Positions 56,743 to 63,414 of a stretch of DNA of 63,414 nt are shown here, piece after piece. Position numbers and translations under genes: made by a program. The number at the start of each line of letters is the position of its first letter. The first letter of the stretch is position 1. The DNA lies in IMG/VR virus record IMGVR_UViG_3300029822_000009, positions 1 to 63,414 of that record. One strand, given 5' to 3'. Under the pieces are notes generated by a model. The model searched no databases and was not told where the DNA came from. It saw only the letters and a program-made list of their open reading frames with translations. The DNA comes from a virus (lineage: Duplodnaviria; Caudoviricetes).

Positions 56743-58260
56743 TTATTCATCATCTTCTTCATCATCTTCTTCATCAATTTCAACAGAATTATCATAATAT
56801 TCACCATCGGTATGTTCATAATATGAACTACTATCATTATCTGGTCTCCAATCTGTATATCTTTGATTTTCATCTGTATAAACTTCTATAGCATCATCTC
56901 TATCTAAGTAACTATTATACCAATTTGACCAAACAGCATATCTACTTTCAATATATTCATCATTATATTCACAATAAGTTATATCATCACCTGTATAGTC
57001 TTCAACCATATAATCACCGCCTTTTACTTCTATTGCATCACCTTGTTCAACATATTCTTCACCATATTCACACCATATCATATTTTGTTCGGCGTAATCA
57101 TTAGCTATATTTGCATTATATCTATATGACCAATAATAATCACCATCTAATCTATAGTCGTCACCGTATTCACACCAAGTTATTTCATCTTCGTGATAAT
57201 AATCACCATAATAATCAATATATACACCACCGTTGTATTCATCCGAATATCCACCTTCGGTATCATTTAATTCATAATATGGTTTATTTTTTTCGGTATT
57301 TGAAAGTATTTCATCTTCGTGGTAATAATAGGATAATGTGTCTAAATATGGGTATGAACTAGGTTCACTTATACCCCATACTTCCATATTTAATTCTTTT
57401 TTGGTATCATCTAATGGATCTACTATATACGTATAGGGTTTACTGTTTTGGTGTGATTTATATAACCACCCTTCTTTTTTAGCGTATTGTATGAATAATT
57501 CAATATCACTATCTAATACTGTATAAACTCTATCCATAAATGTTCTACCACTTGGAATATTTAGTTCCCATAATAATGATCTACCTCTAATTAAATTATT
57601 ATTTTCTCTGTCTTTTAGTATTAACATTTTTACTCCATTATCTGAATAAAAATCAATATAATCTTCACATTCTTCATATCTCATACAAGAGTTATTTAAA
57701 ACACTATTACCAGTTTCATCAACTGAATATTGTTTTTCATTGTACCAAAAATTTATATCACTACCTGATACTATTTCAAATTTAGATACATCTCTGTAAG
57801 ATTTGAATATATTTACAAATGACTCTATGTCCTCACCTGGTTTACCACTATTTTCGAATTTATCACCAAATAATTTTTTTATTAATTTACCTATTTTTAT
57901 TTTTGTTCGATTTTTTTTATATATTATAGAATTATCATCAGAATATTTATAATAATCATAATCATTTATATCATCTTCTGATTTATAACCTTTATCATTT
58001 AAAATTAAATCAATTGCTTTAGATGATGTTATAAATGATACCATATCTATACCACTATTATCAATATCAATATAAGATATTTTTGATTTTTGTTCACTTT
58101 CTTCAGATTTTAATAAATCTATGCTGATATTATTATTATAAGTATCAACAATATCACTCAATATCACCCTTAGATTATTGGAAAAAATTAATTTTATTTC
58201 TTTATTTTTTACTGATTCTACTAATGAATCTAATAAATATTCATTAAAATTATTTACCAT
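56743..58260 (-). CDS. Hypothetical protein with NNSCMR motif and acidic Tyr/Cys C-terminal repeats
   Basis: IKIGKL, LNNSCMRY, GRSLLW, FMDRVY, YPYLDT; repeated WCEY. Confidence 0.7.
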   Translation of the reverse strand: MVNNFNEYLLDSLVESVKNKEIKLIFSNNLRVILSDIVDTYNNNISIDLLKSEESEQKSKISYIDIDNSGIDMVSFITSSKAIDLILNDKGYKSEDDINDYDYYKYSDDNSIIYKKNRTKIKIGKLIKKLFGDKFENSGKPGEDIESFVNIFKSYRDVSKFEIVSGSDINFWYNEKQYSVDETGNSVLNNSCMRYEECEDYIDFYSDNGVKMLILKDRENNNLIRGRSLLWELNIPSGRTFMDRVYTVLDSDIELFIQYAKKEGWLYKSHQNSKPYTYIVDPLDDTKKELNMEVWGISEPSSYPYLDTLSYYYHEDEILSNTEKNKPYYELNDTEGGYSDEYNGGVYIDYYGDYYHEDEITWCEYGDDYRLDGDYYWSYRYNANIANDYAEQNMIWCEYGEEYVEQGDAIEVKGGDYMVEDYTGDDITYCEYNDEYIESRYAVWSNWYNSYLDRDDAIEVYTDENQRYTDWRPDNDSSSYYEHTDGEYYDNSVEIDEEDDEEDDE

Positions 58261-58296
58261 TTTATATAATATTTTTTTAACATATATATTAATATT

Positions 58297-58605
58297 TTAA
58301 TCTAGATTTTCATCTACATCGAATCCATTTTTATCATACCAATATTCACAACACGGATATTCTCTACCTTTATCATCTAAATGTACCCATACTTTATCAT
58401 TTATCCATTTAAGGGGTTTATCCTCATCTGTTGGTAGGTATTTTTCTTTTAATGGCGGATCATACCCATCTTCATTCACATAATTATAATTACATTCACA
58501 TCCTCTATGTACACAATCATCACATTTATAAGGATTACCATCATTAGAATAACCAGGTGCATATAACCACACCGCCATTTTACCACAATCACATTTTTCT
58601 TTCAT
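58297..58605 (-). CDS. Cys-rich hypothetical protein
   Basis: CDCGK.AVW, CDDCVHRGCEC, GREYPCCEY. Confidence 0.65.
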   Translation of the reverse strand: MKEKCDCGKMAVWLYAPGYSNDGNPYKCDDCVHRGCECNYNYVNEDGYDPPLKEKYLPTDEDKPLKWINDKVWVHLDDKGREYPCCEYWYDKNGFDVDENLD

Positions 58606-58668
58606 AATTTATTATAGATAAAAATTTATATATTTGTTTTATATATAAATAAAAATTATATTATAAAT

Positions 58669-59595
58669 ATGAAAAATTATGAAAAAGATGAATTCAATAA
58701 AAGTCTAATAGCTTTAACTATAATATGTTTACTTAGTTTATTTGTAACTTACATATTGTTTAAATTTTTATATTCTAGTGCTTCAGTAGAATATAAATAT
58801 TTTATTTTAGGTGGAGCAATTGCTGGGTTTTTTGTTGTTTATAAAATGTTGGATAAAACATTTTATAAACTTTTAAATTCTGGTATATCACTATACAAAA
58901 AATCAAGCACAGATAAAATAAAAATATTAGAAGATAAAATTTGTGATATTTTATTTAAAGAATTCAATCAAAAAGAACCACCTTTTAGAATGCAAAGATA
59001 TATTAATACTGATTATAAATTCTCTATATGTTATCCAGATATTTATAAAATAACAGAATCTAATATATTTGTTGTTGAGGGAATAGATAAATTTCTACAA
59101 GAAAATTTAAAAAAAGATTATAATAGAGTATTACAGAATAATGATGGAACATATATATCAGATGTTAGTTACAGTTATTTGTATAATGATATAATATATA
59201 ATAATGATAATTTATTTTATATAACAGTATCAGTAGTACATTTAATATCAGATGAATGCGAAAATAAAAATATAGACGAAGAAAATATAGATGACGAAAA
59301 AGAAAAAAAGAAATTAGATTGTTTTGGTGATTTGAGTGAATCTTATATAAATTTACAGTTAGAAAATGCAGAAAAAGTAAGTCATAGATACTTATATCAT
59401 AATAATTCATTATTTAAGGAATTAATAATTAAAGGTGAAACTAAAGATGGATTTGAAAGAAAAATAATAATAAGAGGTACATTAGTAAATGATAATATGG
59501 CTATAATAATCAAATATTATGCTTTAAAGAATGCTTACTATAGAGGTTTAGAAACATTCGAGAAAGTATTTAACACGTTTAAATTTGTAAAATGA
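58669..59595 (+). CDS. Membrane protein (2 N-terminal TM)
   Basis: LGGAIAGFFVV. Confidence 0.65.
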   Translation: MKNYEKDEFNKSLIALTIICLLSLFVTYILFKFLYSSASVEYKYFILGGAIAGFFVVYKMLDKTFYKLLNSGISLYKKSSTDKIKILEDKICDILFKEFNQKEPPFRMQRYINTDYKFSICYPDIYKITESNIFVVEGIDKFLQENLKKDYNRVLQNNDGTYISDVSYSYLYNDIIYNNDNLFYITVSVVHLISDECENKNIDEENIDDEKEKKKLDCFGDLSESYINLQLENAEKVSHRYLYHNNSLFKELIIKGETKDGFERKIIIRGTLVNDNMAIIIKYYALKNAYYRGLETFEKVFNTFKFVK

Positions 59596-59644
59596 AAAAC
59601 GAGTTTTATAATTTAATATATAGTTAAAAATAAAAATAAATAAT

Positions 59645-60034
59645 ATGAAACACATTAAAACATTCGAACAATATAATTTTAATGATGAACAACTAAATGA
59701 AGAATTATTTGGTGGTGGTATTAAAAAATCTATAGAAAAGATAGAAAATATTGATAATATGTCAGATGAAGAATTAAAAAATTTATTTATGGAAGTTTTT
59801 GAAAAAACTAAATCATTAACTAATATAGCAGTTAATCATTGGAAATTAGTTAAGAAACAATTTGATGAAGGTAAAATTTCAAGAGAAAAGATGATCGAAC
59901 TTTTAAATAAAATTAAAGAAGATTATACTAAAAATAAAAAAAATGGATATTTAGTTTTTTCTCAAGGACAAGTTTTATATAAAGTTTCAACTGCAATGAA
60001 AACATCTATGGGAGATGGTCCTTCATATGGATAA
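59645..60034 (+). CDS. Hypothetical protein with MKHIKTFEQY leader
   Basis: ORF track; bipartite promoter at 59601. Confidence 0.7.
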   Translation: MKHIKTFEQYNFNDEQLNEELFGGGIKKSIEKIENIDNMSDEELKNLFMEVFEKTKSLTNIAVNHWKLVKKQFDEGKISREKMIELLNKIKEDYTKNKKNGYLVFSQGQVLYKVSTAMKTSMGDGPSYG

Positions 60035-60051
60035 TAAGATAATTTAAAAAT

Positions 60052-60083
60052 AAAAAAGGAGATTAAATATTTAATCTCCTTTT
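60052..60083. terminator. Bidirectional terminator
   Basis: aaaaggagattaaatatttaatctcctttt. Confidence 0.65.
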
Positions 60084-60487
60084 CTTTTTAATATTTTTAT
60101 ATCTATATCATCTAATTTATCAATACCACATTCATTTATTTTATCTAAAATATCATCAATATTTAAATTATTTAATCTATAATTATTAAAAAAATATTTA
60201 TTGTCAAATAAATCTAAACCATCTATATTTTTACATTTAATAAAGTCTAATGATACATTATCAATTTTATATCTTATTTTACCATCTAATAAATTAATTA
60301 ATTTATTAATTTTATAACTATCTGATAATAAAAAGATATATTGTGTATCTTCTATAACATCACTTTTAATATATGTAATATCTTCATCTTCATCTGGAAA
60401 ATGATTGTCTTCGTGCATATCAATATATGCCATATCTTCATTTTTTATATTACTAACATTAAATATTCTTAATCTATATAAATCCAT
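60071..60487 (-). CDS. Hypothetical protein
   Basis: IDDILDKINECGIDKL. Confidence 0.6.
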   Translation of the reverse strand: MDLYRLRIFNVSNIKNEDMAYIDMHEDNHFPDEDEDITYIKSDVIEDTQYIFLLSDSYKINKLINLLDGKIRYKIDNVSLDFIKCKNIDGLDLFDNKYFFNNYRLNNLNIDDILDKINECGIDKLDDIDIKILKRKGD

Positions 60488-61452
60488 TATGGTAAATATT
60501 TATTTATTAAAGATTCATCAAATTTGATAAGATTTCTAATAGCAGATGAACTAATATGTTCATACTTTTTATCACAAGGTATATATAAAATTTTTGTATC
60601 AAGTTTTATATCTTTAATAAAAGATAGTTGATTAGATTCATAATCTAAATCTATACCATTTCTTATACCTCTAATTAAAGTTACATCAACTCCTGTATTT
60701 TCAATATGGGTTATATAATCGGTTATTAATCCATTATATTCATCAACTTGATGAAATTCTAAACAACTAGGTACATTAATTTTTCTTTTTTCTTTATCAG
60801 GATTATTTCCAAATGCCACAATAACTTTATCGAATATTTTTTCTGCCTTCTTTAAAACATCATGATGTCCAATATGGTAAGGATTAAAACTACCTGCATA
60901 AATACCAATTTTTGGTTTTCTTTTTTCTACATATGAAATTAAATGGTCAATATGATTAGATCTTTTAGTAACGGTTTTTAAAAATTCAATTCTTTTTTTC
61001 TTATAAATATCATAAGGTACAAATTGATATTCTTTGAATATTTTATGTTCATAATCAATTAAATCACCTATATCAGTATTTATAATTTCTCTGTCTAATA
61101 TCCAAAACAATTTACTTAACTCATCAGTTGGGATTTCTGATGAAGATGTATCCTTTATTATTAGTGAACATTTATTACGTATATCTAAAGGTATTTGTGT
61201 GTATTCGTTTAGTAATTCAATTGATTTTTCTTCATTATTTGATTTCTTTGGATTATAAACAATATCATGGAAATACGAACTTATTATAAGTATATCTTTA
61301 TCTATATCACTCAAATCATTAATAGATGATATCCTATTTAATAAATAATTTAAGTGATCGATATTGTGATAATATCTATGTGGTTCGTTCCATTTAGATA
61401 ATATATCATTAACTATTTCTTCTGATAAATATTTATAAATTGAATTTTTCAT
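60487..61452 (-). CDS. HD-domain / phosphopantetheine adenylyltransferase (CoaD-like) fusion
   Basis: EPHRYYH, FHDIVY; YAGSFNPYHIGH, LIRGIR..D..YE, ISSSAIR. Confidence 0.82.
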   Translation of the reverse strand: MKNSIYKYLSEEIVNDILSKWNEPHRYYHNIDHLNYLLNRISSINDLSDIDKDILIISSYFHDIVYNPKKSNNEEKSIELLNEYTQIPLDIRNKCSLIIKDTSSSEIPTDELSKLFWILDREIINTDIGDLIDYEHKIFKEYQFVPYDIYKKKRIEFLKTVTKRSNHIDHLISYVEKRKPKIGIYAGSFNPYHIGHHDVLKKAEKIFDKVIVAFGNNPDKEKRKINVPSCLEFHQVDEYNGLITDYITHIENTGVDVTLIRGIRNGIDLDYESNQLSFIKDIKLDTKILYIPCDKKYEHISSSAIRNLIKFDESLINKYLP

Positions 61453-61507
61453 AATTTATTATTTTTACAAATATATAAATAATTTTTTAATATAAAAAAT
61501 AAATTAT

Positions 61508-61789
61508 ATGAATAATATTAAAGATTTTGGAGATTTTATTAATGAGAATAAAAAAATGAAATATAATGAAAAGGGTAAATGTCCAGTATGTGGTTCTAAA
61601 AATTTAAAATATAAAGGTGGTGATATGACAGATAATACAGATGAATCTAATTATAAATGTAAAAAATGTGGGTTTAAAGGAATCGAAGTACATGAATTTA
61701 ATCCAATAGATATACCTAAATTTTCATACCATGTTAAAAGAAAAAAGAATAAAAATGATGGAAATGATGATTTTCCGGATGTGTATTAA
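61508..61789 (+). CDS. Small zinc-ribbon protein with IKDFGDFINE leader
   Basis: CPVCGS, CKKCG. Confidence 0.65.
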   Translation: MNNIKDFGDFINENKKMKYNEKGKCPVCGSKNLKYKGGDMTDNTDESNYKCKKCGFKGIEVHEFNPIDIPKFSYHVKRKKNKNDGNDDFPDVY

Positions 61790-61793
61790 TAAT

Positions 61794-62057
61794 TCATCTT
61801 TTTTTAATCCAATTTACATAATTTTTAACTTTTTCATTTGATAATAGTTTATCAATTGTATTATAATATTTACCTAATTCTTTTTCCGGTATTAACTTAT
61901 GAATTTCAGAATGGCAATCTTTTTCGCAGATATAAATACCCCTTTGAAGTTGTTCAAAAGTGTAATTTTTTCTAAACCATTTATTTGTATGTTGATATGT
62001 TGGGATTAAATGATGGAAGTTTAGTTCATTTTCTCTTCCACATAGTTCACATTTCAT
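61794..62057 (-). CDS. Small HNH-like protein
   Basis: CELCGR...FHHLIP...ICEKDCHSEIH. Confidence 0.75.
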   Translation of the reverse strand: MKCELCGRENELNFHHLIPTYQHTNKWFRKNYTFEQLQRGIYICEKDCHSEIHKLIPEKELGKYYNTIDKLLSNEKVKNYVNWIKKR

Positions 62058-62061
62058 AATT

Positions 62062-62499
62062 TCATATTTTTCTTTTCATTATATACGATATATCACCATA
62101 TTCATATTGAGAATATCCACATACCCATTCTAAATCATGTTCAATTATACATGGTCCAATTTTACTTTTCCATTTATTATTATGTTGTACAGCGGCGTGT
62201 GTCGGTATATTATTTTTACAATATAATACAATTTTTGTATATCCTTTTTCATAATTATAATCATCACACTTTATATATCCATATTTTTTATAAAGCATTA
62301 TAAATGATTCTAATTTTAAATTTCTAGGTATGTCAGATGGCCATATCTTTTCATTTGTCCACATCCAATCATCGTATATATCTAATGTATAAGATATACA
62401 ATTAAATATATTATCTTCAGTGTTGTAAATTTTTAATATCTTATAAGGTTTACCAACCATATTAGGAAACCAAAAATCAATTTTATTATTAATATCCAT
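62062..62499 (-). CDS. Papain-like fold hypothetical protein
   Basis: FNCISY, THAA, WKSKIG, IEH, YG. Confidence 0.6.
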   Translation of the reverse strand: MDINNKIDFWFPNMVGKPYKILKIYNTEDNIFNCISYTLDIYDDWMWTNEKIWPSDIPRNLKLESFIMLYKKYGYIKCDDYNYEKGYTKIVLYCKNNIPTHAAVQHNNKWKSKIGPCIIEHDLEWVCGYSQYEYGDISYIMKRKI

Positions 62500-62788
62500 T
62501 TTGGTTAGCCCAATTTTTCCAATAATTTAATCTTTCTTTGACATTATAATCTATTGGGCTTAAACCATTACCTGTTATTTCCGATAATGCCCTATCCCAA
62601 ATAATAGAATTTCTTTCCAATAATAATGGAATTACTTTTTTACCGTAAGATACTACTTTTCTATATGATTCTGTTTGTGATATTAATTCTAAATCAGGAA
62701 GATTTATATCTTCTGATTCTTTTATAAGATTTAATATAATCGACAGTTCATTATCAATAAATTCATTATATTTTATTATTTTAAACAT
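62489..62788 (-). CDS. Helical hypothetical protein with KYNEFIDNE leader
   Basis: G..VIPLLL, ALSEITG, WKNWA. Confidence 0.6.
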   Translation of the reverse strand: MFKIIKYNEFIDNELSIILNLIKESEDINLPDLELISQTESYRKVVSYGKKVIPLLLERNSIIWDRALSEITGNGLSPIDYNVKERLNYWKNWANQNGY

Positions 62789-62837
62789 AATTATTATTAT
62801 TTTTATTTATATATTAAAAAATTAATATAAAGTTTAG

Positions 62838-62909
62838 AGCACTGTGTCGGACTTGAACCGCTTCTCCTGCTTGGCAAGCAGGCACTTTACCAATTAAGCT
62901 ACACAATGC
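62838..62909 (-). tRNA. tRNA-Gly(GCC)
   Basis: Acceptor GCATTGT/ACAGTGC; anticodon arm CCTGC-TTGCCAA-GCAGG; imperfect T-stem. Confidence 0.8.
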
Positions 62910-62915
62910 ATTTTG

Positions 62916-63002
62916 TACCTTGGGTGGGAATCGAACCCACACGCTACTATTACTTCGCACCAGTTCCTAAGACTGGGGTGTCTACCATTCCACCACCAAG
63001 GC
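62916..63002 (-). tRNA. tRNA-Leu(TAG)
   Basis: CCAGT-CTTAGGA-ACTGG; long variable arm; GGTTCGATTCC. Confidence 0.92.
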
Positions 63003-63008
63003 ATATAG

Positions 63009-63081
63009 TACACTCATCACGATTCGAACGCGAATCAAATGGTCCGTAGCCATACGTTTTATCCAATTAAACTATGAGTGT
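63009..63081 (-). tRNA. tRNA-Arg(ACG)
   Basis: ACACTCA/TGAGTGT acceptor; loop CTACGGA. Confidence 0.88.
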
Positions 63082-63098
63082 AATTTATTGATAACCAG

Positions 63099-63174
63099 TG
63101 GAGCAGACGGGATTCGAACCCGCATACAGACATAGGATGCGAACCTACCGCTCAGCCAATTGAGCTACTGCCCC
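63099..63174 (-). tRNA. tRNA-Ala(CGC)
   Basis: GGGGCAG/CTGCTCC with G3-U70; loop TTCGCAT. Confidence 0.88.
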
Positions 63175-63188
63175 ATTTATTATTTTAG

Positions 63189-63259
63189 ATCTCCTGATTG
63201 GAATCGAACCAACAACTAATCCATACCACAGATTTGTTTTCCCATTAAACTACAAGAGA
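63189..63259 (-). tRNA. tRNA-Thr(GGT), atypical
   Basis: TCTCTTG/CAGGAGA acceptor; loop GTGGTAT; GGTTCGATTCC. Confidence 0.72.
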
Positions 63260-63266
63260 ATATCAG

Positions 63267-63341
63267 GGTGATTGATCAGACTCGAACTGACACATTGTAC
63301 GCATCCACAGTGCGACCGACTTACCATTATCTACAATCACC
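63267..63341 (-). tRNA. tRNA-His(GTG)
   Basis: Encoded G-1 opposite C73; loop CTGTGGA. Confidence 0.85.
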
Positions 63342-63414
63342 ATATAAAAATTGTCAAAAAAAGACTTTAAACATTTAATATATAAACTATCTAAGATACG
63401 GTTTAGGACCCGTT

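Noticed and set aside
2867-59410. Short overlapping ORFs in the track (e.g. 2867, 3000, 13204, 16431, 17321, 19817, 20571, 21339, 23183, 23955, 31792, 31916, 39765, 40698, 41196, 43908, 45423, 48495, 53597, 55530, 57111, 59165)
   Set aside because: Antisense or off-frame shadows of well-supported genes or of intron core, with no recognisable motifs
62916-63002. Amber suppressor tRNA / stop-codon recoding
   Set aside because: Anticodon TAG reads CUA (Leu). Conserved genes are full length in the standard code.
63385-63414. Possible start of another structured RNA after the promoter at 63363
   Set aside because: Truncated by the window end, too short to assess

Overview
Very AT-rich, densely coding segment of a large T4-like (myovirus-type) jumbo phage read with the standard code. 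Core genes include portal, gp4- and gp2-like head proteins, a gp15-like tail terminator, a gp55-like sigma factor, terminase-like ORFs, RuvC and an RNA ligase. The host is probably Bacteroidota (TAnnTTTG promoters, lipoprotein export signal, DnaK/NusG style). Host-like accessory genes include guaC with a mini-intein, mgsA, nadE, nusG, hsp20, an HD-CoaD fusion, a class III cyclase and a CYTH protein, and the window ends in six tRNAs. Highlights: (1) dnaK is split by two group I introns in its two phosphate-binding loops, and splicing restores a 624-aa ORF. (2) Many small ORFs share a C-terminal R-x-x-K-[IL]-x-x-[IL] tag, and several look like fragments of capsid, sheath or terminase proteins. 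(3) Many late proteins, including enzymes, carry a T4 capsid-targeting-like N-terminal leader. (4) A fixed-spacing bipartite promoter GA[CG]TTT-N10-TATATA recurs. (5) Two insertions are flanked by 27- and 34-bp duplications of the downstream gene start. (6) There are repeat-array nucleases, a tnpB-only IS and a candidate multi-hairpin ncRNA. All calls are from motif reading only; no searches were run.
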